Shown here: positions 52,091 to 64,000 of the stretch, one piece after another
Layout: the number at the start of each line of letters is the position of its first letter
Numbering within the stretch: the stretch's first letter is position 1
Assembly: GCA_951406725.2 (NCBI GenBank)
Contig: OX597833.1
Coordinates: forward strand, 32,612,001 to 32,676,000
Source of the DNA: Octopus vulgaris
Lineage: Eukaryota
Reading direction: 5' to 3'
DNA length: 64,000 nt
Position numbers and translations under genes: made by a program
The notes under the pieces: generated by a model
Told to the model about the DNA's origin: nothing
Databases searched by the model: none
The model's input: only the letters and a program-made list of their open reading frames with translations

Positions 52091-52330
52091 TCGACATGAG
52101 GAATAGATAGACAGCCAACGTCTGATGAAGGGTCGTTCTTTATGTTACTTGTCCTGTTTTCCATTTCTTTCTCTCGTTGTTTGTGTATTCAACTCATTTA
52201 TTTTAGAATTTCATGTTGTTTACTTTTTGTGATGTTCTGTGCCCATATATACCTATATATATATACCCATATATATATATATATATATACCCATATATAT
52301 CTATATCTATATATATATATATATATATAT

Positions 52331-52361
<31 letters not shown>

Positions 52362-52365
52362 TATA

Positions 52366-52408
<43 letters not shown>

Positions 52409-52435
52409 GTGTGTGTGTGTGTAGATATATATATA

Positions 52436-52822
52436 CTTTTTTTACGTGTTTCAGTCATTTGACTCAGGCCATGCTGTAGCATCGCCTTCAGTCGAGTAAA
52501 TTGACCCCAGTATCTATTCGTCGAGAACCTAGTACTTATTCTATCGGTCTCTTTTGCAGAACAGCTAAGTTACAGGGAAGTAAGCACACCAGCATTGGTT
52601 GTCAATCGATGTTCGGTTGACAAACACAGGAACACAAACATACACACACACACACATGCATGTATATATGTACGACAGGCTTCTTTCAGTTTCCATCTAC
52701 CAAGTCCACTCACAAGGATTTGACTATAGTAGAAGACACTTCCCCATTGTGCAAGGTAGTGGGACTGAACCCGAAACCATGTAGTTAACAAGCAAGCTAA
52801 TTACCACACAGCCACTCTTGCG

Positions 52823-52825
<3 letters not shown>
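52436..52825 (-). mobile_element. SINE family A
   Basis: Near full-length reverse complement of family A. Confidence 0.88.
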
Positions 52826-52877
<52 letters not shown>

Positions 52878-52880
<3 letters not shown>

Positions 52881-53470
52881 TAATAAATCTCTGGGCGATG
52901 TATAAACAGTAGCTGCAACACATCGTGAAGTATATTTGCCACTTAAATGTGGCTAACATCTAAGGCTGGATGCTACTGTAACTTGTAGCCCAAGGAGGAC
53001 ACCTCTTCCAGCGGGCTATTGACACACTTTCTATGACCTATCAGTATTTGCAAAGGGAAGCCATCCTTCCCGTCTTCAGCCTATGTTACAGACGGACTCG
53101 AGTTTCTGGATATTAACCCGTCATCAGCGTGTGACAATCACTAGTTGTCGATGAAAAGTAGGCATCCCTTTGCAAATATATATCCCTTTTCCAGTGACGA
53201 AAAGATATTTATCTCGAAAAAGTGTAAACACGCAATAATAAATCTCTGAGCGAGGTATAAACAGTAGCTGCAACATAACGTGAAGTATATTTGCCATGTA
53301 AATGTGGCTAATCCCTAAGGGTGGGTGCTACTGTAGCTTGTAGCTCCGTGTGTATCATAGGTTGAAGACGGGAAGGATGGCTTCCCTTTGCAAATACTGA
53401 TAGGGCACAGAAAGTGTGTCAATAGCCAGCTGGAGGAGGTTTCCTCCTGGGGCTACAAGATACCAACATT
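52878..53470 (-). mobile_element. Non-coding HHR-bearing tandem element (retrozyme-like or PLE pseudo-LTR), 355-bp period, with 5' inversion
   Basis: 52881-52990 is repeated at 53236-53345; 53347-53465 is an inverted copy of about 52975-53094; central HHR; abuts (TA)n. Confidence 0.85.
53092..53130 (-). ncRNA. Minimal type I hammerhead ribozyme with intact core
   Basis: ACG-CTGATGA-C GGG TTAATA TCC A-GAAA-CTCGAG-TC-CGT. Stem III is the palindrome ACTCGAGT, triplet GUC, and stem I extends via GTCAC/TGTAAC. Confidence 0.85.
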
Positions 53471-54025
53471 TCGCCCGGTTCTTTGGGGCGAGCGAGGCGC
53501 TGGACCGTGGGGAGTCCCTAAGGGACTTTCTCGTCGGCTGGCCGCGACTCTCGGCGCGGGTGGCGAAATGTTGTGAAGGGCCGATTACAGCTGCGGAGGT
53601 CGAGTAGTTGCTGGCTGAATGTGCCGGGGACAAGTCACCGGGGCTGCATGGTCTGCCCTATGAATTTTATGGTAGTATGCCAGACTTGTTCGGACACCTC
53701 GCTGGCCTGCGTTGACGCGTGTCGCGGAGAAACTTGTAGGGAAGGCGGAGACATGCACCATCCCAGGCAGGTCAATCCAGGACAATCTTCATTTCTTACG
53801 CTACAGGATGGGTAAAGTATCCGGTAAAGGTGGGTCATTGGTCCATTGAAACCTAAATAAAGGTTTCGATAGGATAGATCACTAGTACCAGGCGGCAGTC
53901 CTTGAGACGGCTGGGTTAGGCTCGAACTTGCGCGGTTGGATCAAGGCCATTTATGGCGGCATCAAATCCACAGTCCAAATAAACGGTTACCTGTTGAAGC
54001 CATTTGAGATCCAGAGGATGTAAGG
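53470..54025 (+). mobile_element. Tx1/L1-like RT fragment
   Basis: CEGPITAAEVE, IPGRSIQDNLHFLRY and KGFDRIDH are homologous to 57470-57960. Confidence 0.78.
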
Positions 54026-55200
54026 GACACAACAAAAGCGTGGGCAACTAAACGTATTACTGTCTCTATCTCTAACAATTATCCTATCTAAATAAGATCT
54101 GTGTGAACCGTCGTTATTAGTCCACGTCCATTGTGGAACGAGCGGCTCATCCACTCTATATAGGTCTACTTGGTTATAGCTTGCTAGTCGCCTTTTTAGG
54201 CAGGATTCCCCCCTTCTATTTGTCGAGCCAACACTATCTACCCGTGCGTCGAAAATAGTGTTAAAATCTCCTATTAAAACTAGAGTTTTAGACGTCACCG
54301 GAAAGCTCTCCAGGTCTCGAAAAAATCCGTTTGTCTATCCTCTTTCGGAGCGTAGACCGCTACCAACCTGATGGACTGCTTACTTACGTGTGTCACATCT
54401 AGGACGACCAGCCTAACCCCGGGTCCAGAAAGACTGACCTTACCTGTACGTCCAAGCTTTTTCTGAGCAACACCACCAGGACCCCGCTTCCCTGTCGACT
54501 AGGAGAAATAAATTTCTCATAGCCATTTAGAAAAGGCGAGAACGTCTGTGGCCCGTTCAACCTTGACTCAGTCGCAATACACATATCAATTTCTAGTGAC
54601 CTGAGGTCGTCCAGGAAACAAGTTTGCTTCCATTTCGACCCCCAGGCCACGGACATTTACACAACCTAACTTAATTTCCATGGTAAAAATAAAACAAACT
54701 TATATTTTAAGTATGGCGGGGGGCTGCACACAATTTGCCAACCTCCCCTTCCTTTTCTTTCTGAGGTGTAGCCGCTGGGCTAACTACAAGTCTTTTGTTG
54801 GCCATCTCTTGGCTAACATCTTGTATGTCCTGCGGTATCTCTCTTTAAATTGTTTGAATATTTCTGCTTCTATCCTTGCCAACCGTATATTCGGTGGCAT
54901 GCCTTGTATCAGTTGAAAAATATAGATTTTTTTTTATTCGCAGTTAATACTCTTTGTAGAACACTACTTTTCTCATTGTACTTCACAATCCTTTCTCCTA
55001 GTGCATTTTTAGGGGTGGGGTTGGTGGCGGGTTTTGACTTTTGGATTGGGTGTTTTTTTCTGTATGTTTGCGTTTTGTGTAGATGCCTTCTTTGTCAGGG
55101 GAGGGGAGTCTGGGGCATGGTTTTTTTCTTTTATGTGAAACCAGTGTGATAAACTCCGTTTCCTCTTCGGCTTCCTTCTGTTGTGTGTCTTCTACGTTTA
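54026..55200 (-). mobile_element. Tx1/L1-like APE and ORF1-end fragment
   Basis: MEIKLGCVNVR, CIATESRL, LVLIGDFN, PQWTWTN..RSYLDRI. Confidence 0.82.
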
Positions 55201-55700
55201 TTCACGAACATACTAACACTAGCGCCCCTGATGGTAATATTCTCTGGGAACACACAAAAGCCCTTTTCAGAGTTATTTACTTTGAATTGTTATTATCTCA
55301 TATCTGATTAGCCTGTAATTACGTAACATGCTTCACGATTTTTGTATACATACATTATTAGTATTTCCTCCTATGTTCTATATACTCTGGGAACATATTA
55401 AAGCCTTTTTGGGAGCTACTTTATTTGAATTCTTATTATCGGGTAACTAATTTCATGTTATTACATAACTGATTTCACAATTTGGGTATTCATAACTTAT
55501 TGAGAATTCCTAAAAACAAGATCATGTGTAAGGCAGTTTGGTATTCTCTGTAAGTGCACAAAAACCGTTTTAAGGGCTACATACTTTGTATTGTTTTTCT
55601 TGGATTAGCGAAACAATTATGAGAATGGAACCAAGGGATAAACCCCGCCTCTATGATGAAAGTTTAAAAACAATATATGCCTAGTGCTTCCACGTAGCAG

Positions 55701-55747
55701 ATTTCCAGACGCGCGTTTCTGACTCTTGAGATTTCCTCAATGGGAAA
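55701..55747 (-). ncRNA. Hammerhead motif with C3U core change
   Basis: TTTCCCA-TTGAGGA-AATCTCAAGAGTCA-GAAA-CGCGCG-TC-TGGAAAT. Palindromic stem III ACGCGCGT, GUC; stem II is weak. Confidence 0.6.
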
Positions 55748-56450
55748 CACCGAAGCCATAACTTTAACAAAAAAATAGTCAACGTCAGTGACCGAGTTGC
55801 ACTATTGGACCGCCTGATGGGGATAAATATAGCAGCATCAGGGCCAAGCAGCGACTAGGAGTGCATATATCTCTGTACATACTTATACACATTATGTTTG
55901 CATGTATATATTTATATGTTTGTGTACAAACACGTACACACACACGCACACACATGCACGCGCTCGCGCGCACACACACACGGATATATATTTTGTCAAC
56001 AGTCTAAGAAAGACAATAATATTTGTTATTTGTATCAGAGTTTTATTTCCGTACATGTGAATATTCTCTATCCTGCATACCTCCGCAGAAACACGAATAT
56101 TTTGTAGTTGATTAGCTGATTATTTAGTCATTATTAGCGCTATCGCACCAAAAAAAAAACACTAGGCCTTTGGATTTCTTATTCCACATTTCTTTTGATA
56201 ACATCTGCTAATTCCAAACTGCCACTCCCAAATTTGAAACCCTTCTTTAAATTTTATTTGCGGACAGAATATTATAATAAAATTAGATAAAATCATTTCT
56301 GCAGCTACTTCAAGACAATACTGTATGTTGTTTGAGATATTATTTCTGTATATAAAATGTTATGATCCTACACACAGACACACACGCACGCACATATGCA
56401 CATACACACATCCGAGCACACACGCACACATGCACGCATATATATATATA

Positions 56451-56861
56451 TAAATTAGAGAAAAAACACTATTATGCAATTCAAACAATGACAGCCATAA
56501 ACCAAATCATAAATAAAAAATAAAATATAGTTTAAAACATATAACTAGATCACAAAAAGTACAAAAAGGAATAAACAACATATAATAAGTTAAAAGACTA
56601 CGAACGTTTCATAGCTATAATTTAAATTCGAATTACAATTAAATTTAAATTTAATCGAAAAACAATTCAATTTAAAAGTATAGTCACTCCTCAGGTCAAC
56701 AATAATAGCAATAATAGTTAAATAATCAAACAGAATTAAACAATATTTCTTAGAATAAAATCATGATTGTTCTTATAGGAGAAACTCCATTAACTAAATT
56801 TGAAATTTAAAATAGAAGGACCAGGTGCCTATAATACATTTATTATGTTAAAAACTTAAGG

Positions 56862-56928
<67 letters not shown>

Positions 56929-57130
56929 TTTGACATAGATAAACTATACAGTGGAAGTTCCGGCTACTGAAGCTGAATAGTCCCCTTTGGCGATTGAGGA
57001 ATACAGAAAACGAGGGCATTAACCAGAGCTATTATTAATAGCAAATGGTGGCATGCCCTCAAACGAGCCATTAAATATGAGTCTATTAGATATAACATAG
57101 GTTTAGTGGCTAGAGAGATTAGGAGGTAAT
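56451..57130 (-). mobile_element. 3' terminus of a Naiad-type PLE related to 7542-11980
   Basis: Minus-strand end CATTGTTTGAATTGCATAATAGTGTTTTTTCTCTAATTTA plus (TA)n, with an HHR at the equivalent position. Confidence 0.78.
56596..56697 (-). ncRNA. Type I hammerhead ribozyme with long AT-rich stem II
   Basis: GAC-CTGAGGA-GTGACTATA...TATAGCTAT-GAAA-CGTTCG-TA-GTC. Confidence 0.75.
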
Positions 57131-57179
57131 AGTTAAGGCCCTAGAGGAGGAAATGAGGACTTGCTCTGCATCCCAGTTG

Positions 57180-59060
57180 AAGCACCTCGGAGGCAAAACA
57201 CATGGGGTGCATTGTCAGAGCTAGACTTCGTGCAGTGGGTTGCGAGGGAATCAAGGCCCGATTGGTGGAAGCCCAGCCTGGTAATGATGTCGCATTTCGA
57301 TCTTTGGTGAACCAACAAGGTGAGTTGACAAACGAACCCGAGGAGATGTGTAACACCTTTCAGGAGCACTTCGTCCAGCTTTTCGGGGGAGCGATGGACC
57401 GGAGAGTAGGATGTACCTAACAACCTTCCTGACCGGGTTGCCGTGTCTCGAGACAGTATGGAGAGTGCTGTGAAGGGCCGATCACGTCTGAGGAAGTGGT
57501 AGAGGCTATGGTGGATTGCAGCGTGGATAAGGCGCCGGGATTGGATGGTCTACCCTACGAGTTATATACATGTATGACAGACTTGTTCGGGGAACTACTG
57601 GTTGGTGTTTACACGAACTGGCAGCAGAGTGGGTTTATTCCCAGATCTGTGCGCTGCAGAGAGTTGACGCTAGTCAGAGAGAACCCGGACAAGAGGGATT
57701 CTATTGATAATTTTAGGCCCATCACTCTGCTAAACACAGAGCTGAAGATTTTGGCCAAGATGTTAGCGAAATGGTTGGCACGTGTCGCAGATGGTTTGGT
57801 CGGGGAGGCACAGACTTGTGCCATTTCCGGCAGAACCTTTCAGGATAATCTCCACCTTCTACGCTACACCTTATAGGGATTTAATAGTAAACCCGGCAAG
57901 AGTGGGGTACTGGTTCATTTAGACTAAGCAAAAGATTCGATAGGGTTGACCATCGTTACCTGTTATCGGTTTTCGCGCAGTTCGGCCTGTGTCTTGGCTT
58001 CCTTAGGCGGATCATATCAATATATCACCACATCGACTCGACTGCTCGGGTGAGCGCTTTTTTGTCAAAGCCGTTCCGTATCAAACACTCAGTTCGCCCA
58101 GGGTGTCCACTCTTCCCACTTTTGTTTGTGATAGCTCTTGAGCCATTGCTGCGAAAGTTGAGTGGCATCCCGAGGGAGTCTGGTTGTGGAAAGTCGGTTT
58201 CAGCATACGTGGACGACATCACCATCATCGTGACCGAAATGGAAAACCTAAAGAGGGTAGGCGAGGCCATTAAGGAGTACGAAACGGTGGAAGAAGCAAA
58301 TATTAATAGTGAAAAGTCAGTCGGCTTGCAGCTCGGCGCCTGGAGAGGCAAATCAATGCCTCGTGACAGCGTCGTGGGACATTGGGCAGAGGGTCCGATT
58401 AAGTTGTTAGGGGTCAGGTTGGTCCGGACCTCCAAAGAAAGAAGAACTAGGCTGAGGAATTGAGATGTGTAACACCTTTCAGGAGCACTTCGCCCAGCTT
58501 TTCGGGGGAGCGATGGACCGGAGAGTAGGATGTACCTAACAACCTTCCTCACCGGGCTGCCGTGTCTTTCGAGACAGTATGGAGAGTGCTGTGCAGGGCC
58601 CATCACGTCTGAGGAAGTGGTAGTCAAGACCTGGTCTTGGCGGTGGCTATCCTTGAAAGGGAGGGCGGAGGTGGCCAATATGTTTATCGCATCGGTCATA
58701 ATTCACCGCCTAACCGTCGTTCCTTGCCCTGATTCATGGTTAATCAAGTTTGAAAGACAGCCCTTTCGCTTTTTGTGGAGGAACTCGAAATCGCTTGTGA
58801 AACGCTCTATTTTCTGCCAAGAACCATTAAAGGATGAACTAGCGATGCCTTGGCTGTTGATGCGCAGACATGCGCTGAGGTTGAAGTATATGTGGCTCCA
58901 CCTTGATGGTGAACCGGTTTGGTTTCCGCTTGCGAAACAGATGTTTCCCAGGTTCACTAATTTCGGTGGACGGGAAGCCTGGTTCTATCGTAGATCGAAG
59001 CTGGATACATGGTTTACGGTGTGCCATAAAGCTCTCCGTCGCTCTGGTAATGCCAGTCAG
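57180..59060 (+). mobile_element. Tx1/L1-like LINE ORF2 fragment (RT)
   Basis: KAPGLDGLPYELY, NFRPITLLNTELKILAK, SVRPGCPLFPLLF, SAYVDDIT, LSLKGRAEVAN. Confidence 0.9.
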
Positions 59061-59404
59061 GGTCCTCCACGCAGGACAGAAACGCCTCCCTTCAGGCCCC
59101 ACCTTCCAAGCTTCTTCACAAAGCCCTCCAATGTCCTTCCCTTATGGAAGAGGACCACAAATTCCTCGTTCGTATCATGAGGAGGGGGATCTGCAGTTTC
59201 CACCTTTGGTGGCACATCTTCCCCCGAAGGTGCTTCGGGACACGCCGGCAGTGTGTTACGAAGCGCCGGCAATGTCCCGTTTTTCTTTTTTTCCTTTGAG
59301 CCATTGGAGGGTGGAGTTTCTCCGCTTTGTCCAGCAGATCCTCTCTCCCTCCCGCAGCCATCGGATCCCTCTGTATCATGTCTTTATGGCAAAATGTTTG
59401 AAAT

Positions 59405-59792
59405 AAAGTAGTTTGCTTACGAACCACATGGTTCCAGGTTCAGTCCCACTGCGTGGTACCTGGGGCAGTGTCTTCTACTATAGCCTATGGTCGACCAAGG
59501 CCTTGTGAGTGGATTTGGTAGACGGAACCTGAAAGAAGCCCGTCGTATATATGTATATGTATATATGTATACATATACATTTGTATATGTTTGTGTCTGT
59601 GTTTATCCCCCAACATCGCTTGACAACCGATACTGGTGTGTTTACGTCCCCGTAACCTAGCGGTTCGGCAAAAGAACCGATAGAATAATATTTGGCTTAC
59701 AAAAAAAGTTCTGGGGTCGATTTGCTCGACTAAAGGCGGTGTTTCATCGTGGCCACAGTCAAATGACTGAAACAAGTAAAAGAGTAAAAGAG
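59405..59792 (+). mobile_element. SINE family A, 5'-truncated
   Basis: Matches 23915-24311, including B box GGTTCAGTCCC and the tail. Confidence 0.9.
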
Positions 59793-59819
59793 TAAGTATA
59801 AAAATAATAAACTTTAAAT

Positions 59820-60130
59820 CTGGCACTCCGTCGATTACGGTGACAAGGGTTCCAGTTGATTCAATCAACGGAACGGGCTACTCGAGCACTTCACAGATAC
59901 GCATACCCTTAATGTAGTTCTTGGGGAAATTCAGCGTGACACAAAATGTGTGAAGGCAAATCCTTTTAAATTACAGGTACAACTCATTTTCTTCAGCTTA
60001 GTGGGCTGGAGCAACGTGGAATAAAGTGTCTTGTTCAATGTCACAGCGCTCCACCAGGAATCGAACTCAAGTTGTCTTGTTCAAGGATACAACGCTTCTA
60101 GAATCGAACTCACGGCCTTACGATCGCGCC
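59820..60130 (-). mobile_element. SINE family C, degenerate
   Basis: Aligns with 62700-62885. Confidence 0.75.
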
Positions 60131-61699
60131 TTTACAATAAGTATTAGATATGAATGAGAAAATTTCGCATGTTTCACTTCAGAGAGGCATCTAAAGTGTT
60201 TGCAACAGTCGTCTTAATGTGTTATTCTTTCTTTTTAAATTAATTATATTTAATTTCCATATATATTTTCATACGTTAAGACATAAATATGCCATAACAT
60301 ATAAATGTGACATATTTGTGTGTCACATTTCTTTCCTAAAGATATTTTAGAGAAATGACTGGTGATAAGATAAGAAGAGCATCATAGACCGTCAACAGTA
60401 GTGTTGGGCTAAAGACAGAAGATATGAGAGATATGTATTTTGTTAAGTGTATTTAGGTTAGATATCAAGATAAAACCTGTGATATTTCAGGATGATGTGG
60501 GGAGGTGTCAGAAATTTGGAGGTTAAGTTATGTTTTCAGAATATTCGAACTATCAAATAAATTGTTTTTATGTTCATGTGCATGTGTAGTGGTTAAGTGT
60601 GTATGTAAACAAATATGTAAACCGATTCATGATTGAAAAGCATTTATTTGTTATAAGTACACTACATAAAAAAATGTAGGCAACTGCTACGGGTTGCTAG
60701 AAATACAGAGTACATATTAGGAATGAATACGTTTGTGTGTGTGCGTGTGTGCGTTCGAAACAGTAGTCTATCGGCACTTCGAACATTTCTCTCTGCCTCT
60801 GCGGTCTGCCAAAAAACTTGGGTCGTAGATAGATCTATCTCGACTGTCTGCTCCCGTCTCTCTGCCTCTGGTGTTTCACTACCGGTTTTATAATATTTGT
60901 GGCAGCTAGAAAGACAGACATACTGCAGCAGAGTTTGTACCTAAATAGGTCAGCGCTTGTCCAGTTGAACATCGCCTGACATGCTAAGGTCGCAGGTCGA
61001 AGGGAGATGATCAATTAATTTTTGACAGGACAAAGAAAACCTTTTTTCGCGTCTGTTGATCGTCGTGGTTTGGACGACCGAGAATTCTTGGATTCGGTTT
61101 CGAATCTAGGCTTAGAGAAGGAAGTGTTAATTCTTACACATGCATAAACGCCCCCCCCCGCTACATATCAGACTAACCAAGGTTGTCCAAAGTTATCATA
61201 AATTGTTCTTAATGAAGGCATGTGCTGTTTAAAGTTATCTTTCGTACAAGGAATGAACTTGTGATCCAATATGTTTATAGTAGACTGGTGTCTAATGCAC
61301 TGTGCACTCAATATTTTATAATTTATTTGAGTACATATGTACACACATACACACACATGTATCTATGTCCTCGATAGTATGGTAGTAAGTATTCCTGCCT
61401 ATCCTTCCCCGCCGGGCAGGCGTTTATAGTGTTGGCGGTGCTCCAGCATGGCCGCAGTTAAAAGACTGAAACAAGTAAAAGAATAAAAGAATATGTATGT
61501 ATGTATCTATGTATCTACACACACACACACACACACACATGTATATATGCATGCATGTATGCGTATTGTGTATATGTATGTGTGAGTGTATGTGTATATA
61601 TATGCATGCGTACGGGTTTAAATACACAAGTAAGCAGGCCTATATAATAACGCATACGCATGGGTGCATATATCGATATACACTTCTTTCTTTCTCTCT

Positions 61700-62692
61700 G
61701 ATTCCTCCACCCATACTATCACATTAGCCAGTAGAATAAACACATAAGTATATTTATAGAAACTTGACCATTCTTAGTATTATTCGCTTCCAATTTGTGG
61801 TTTACTACTCACTTTAGAAAACCCCCTCCTTTACCTTTTGCTATACTCATCCCTTAATGCTATTCTAATATACCACCTCAAACACCTCACACATATTCAT
61901 TACTTACATTCTTATCTCTTCCTAACCATCCCCTACTCCTCTCTCATCTCCCCTCATAATATCTTGACCTCCAACTAACACTCCTTTTTCACTTCCTTAC
62001 ACTTTTTCCTTTTCTCTTTTTGATTTCATTTTTTTCCTCTTTCTTTCCTTCTTTTTCTTTAACCTCTCTCTTCATTTTAACATTTTAACACATCTCTTCT
62101 CCCCACTCTGTTCACTACATTCTCAAATTTTCGTTCATACCACAAGACACCTTTGAATGAACAGCACATGGAATCTACGTCTCCACACATTTCATTTGTG
62201 ATGACAAAATATATGAACTCCTATTGGAATTTACGTACAACGGACAGGAAGCATTTCTATCACTTCTACACACCACTTGCCTTGGATAATGGAACTACAA
62301 CTATAACATCTTTATGCATTTTTATTTTCATTTCTACATTCGTTCTATTTCCCTACAAACTCCTTATTTACTTCTTTTTCCAAAATAACTCCGCATACTG
62401 AACTCTAATATTTCCCTCTGTTTAATCATCTCACATCATCTTTCATGAAGGGATATCCCTAATATCCCAGAAATAGCTGTAAGACTAACTTTCTCTTTAT
62501 AAATGTCCTGAAACTTTCACACAGTCTTGGCTTTGTCGTCTCATTTTATTTAACATATACATGCTCATACAAGACGTGCATTAGACTCCTCACTCGTATC
62601 ATTATCGAACCGAGAGTTTAACTACGGTCCTTCCATAGCACTTATCATTACCTGCCACCTTAGGTCTTCTGGATACCAATATCTTTCTCATA
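61700..62692 (+). mobile_element. Pyrimidine-rich PLE 3' remnant with degenerate HHR at 62439-62484
   Basis: TCT-TTCATGA-AGGGATAT CCCTA ATATCCCA-GAAA-TAGCTG-TA-AGA resembles the HHR at 30001-30090. Left boundary is uncertain. Confidence 0.5.
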
Positions 62693-62697
62693 TATTT

Positions 62698-63078
62698 GGA
62701 AGCACTCCGTCGGTTACGACAATGAGAGTTCCGGTTGATCCGAATCAACGGAACAGCCTGCTCATGAAATTAACGTGTAAGTGGCTGAGCACTCCACAGA
62801 CACGTGTACCCTTAACGTAGTTCTTGGGGATATTCAGCATTACACAGAGAGTGACAAGGCCGGCCCTTTGAAATACAGGTACAACAGAAACAGGAAGAAA
62901 GAGTGAGAGAAAGTTGTGGTGAAAGAGTACAGCAGGGATCACCACCATCCTCTGCCGGAGCCTCGTGGAGCTTTAGGTGTTTTCGCTCAATAAACACTCA
63001 CAACGCCCGGTCTGGGAATCGAAACCACAATCCTATGACCGCGAGTCCGCTCCCCTAACCACTGGGCCATTGCGCCTC
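62698..63078 (-). mobile_element. tRNA-derived SINE family C, full length
   Basis: Head GAGGCGCAATGGCCCAGTGGTTAGG (A box)...GGTTTCGATTCCC (B box) followed by a non-tRNA body. Confidence 0.88.
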
Positions 63079-63116
63079 TACTCATATATTTATATACATA
63101 TTCGTATGTATATCTA

Positions 63117-63159
<43 letters not shown>

Positions 63160-63179
63160 ATACATATATATATACATAC

Positions 63180-63224
<45 letters not shown>

Positions 63225-63487
63225 CATATATATAATTTCATGTACCATCATGAAGCGATTGGACACTGTATCCGTAACCAGGAATCTGAAAATTCTGCAC
63301 GTTGTTAGTTCGCATTGTCCTCAGAGATTGCACTCGGAATTTATGAGTGTCATCTTCCATATTTCTTATCATTCTTAGGCTAAATTCAGTTTAACCCAAA
63401 GAGCCGATCAAATTTCTTTTGTTATTGACCTAGTTCTGGTACAAATATAAATACAGGGAACCTCTAACAGAATATCACTTCTTTTAA

Positions 63488-63700
63488 GGCGGCGAGCTGG
63501 CGGAATCGTTAGCATATGGGGCAAAATGCTTAAGTGGTATTTCGCCTGTCTTTACGTTCTGAGTTCAAATGCTGCCGAGGCCGACTTTACCTTTCATCCT
63601 TTCGGGGTCGATAAATTAAATACCAGTGAAACATTGGGGTCGATGTAACTGACTGGTCTCCACCCTCAAAATTTCAGGCCTTGTGCTTATAGTAGAAAAT
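63488..63700 (+). mobile_element. SINE family B monomer
   Basis: GGCGGCGAGCTGGCGGAATCGTTAGC...GAGTTCAAAT...CTTTCATCCTTTCGGGGTCGATAAATT...GGCCTTGTGC. Confidence 0.88.
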
Positions 63701-64000
63701 AATATCCCTTCTTTTCTGAGTTACATCAGTGGCAACATCTATCTTATCCTCTCTTTACTCGGCAGTTTCCAGCAATTTAATATTCCTCTCTTATCCTCTC
63801 TTCACTTGGCAGCTGCCACATTGGTAACTTCTCTTACCATCTCTCTTCCACATTTTCCTTATCAATCAACGAACTATCAATGTCAACTAGCTTGTCAACT
63901 AGCGTGGCAAATCTCTCATGAGCGTTATTACTATCTCTCGCCTTTCACATTTCTATGTAGTAAGTCGATAAGAACGACAACCAGAACTTCTCTAAGAGAC

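Noticed and set aside
52122-52160. CTGATGAAGGG as a hammerhead core
   Set aside because: No downstream GAAA or stem III within range.
53470-55200. Twin-priming inversion joining the plus RT and minus APE Tx1 fragments
   Set aside because: The pieces converge instead of diverging from the junction, which does not fit twin priming; separate fragments or later rearrangement are more likely.
63005-63078. tRNA gene
   Set aside because: It is the tRNA-derived head of a SINE: it runs into a repeat body, with no proper acceptor stem or terminator.

Overview
Gene-poor, repeat-saturated eukaryotic DNA. The SINE families and the (TA)n/(CA)n/(CATA)n density suggest an octopus-type cephalopod, which is my inference. 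I see no intact host gene, rRNA, true tRNA gene or CRISPR array, and most ORFs in the track are microsatellite artefacts. The window is a nest of decayed mobile elements: an RTE/BovB-like LINE with three C-terminal C2H2 fingers, Tx1/L1-like LINEs, R4/Dong-like LINEs with a restriction-like endonuclease (RLE), Penelope-like elements (PLEs; one Naiad-type RT plus GIY-YIG, one Neptune-type GIY-YIG), a Gypsy pol, two Helitrons, Tc1, maT and hAT remnants, two TIR elements and many tRNA-derived SINEs. The main hidden signal is about a dozen minimal type I hammerhead ribozyme (HHR) motifs (CUGANGA...GAAA, a short often palindromic stem III, NUH), some intact and some degenerate. The best one (53092-53130, minus strand) lies in a 355-bp tandem retrozyme-like unit whose inverted 5' segment begins at the predicted self-cleavage site. 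Two other loci are head-to-head inverted HHR pairs. All calls were made by eye; element boundaries are approximate and ribozyme activity is untested.
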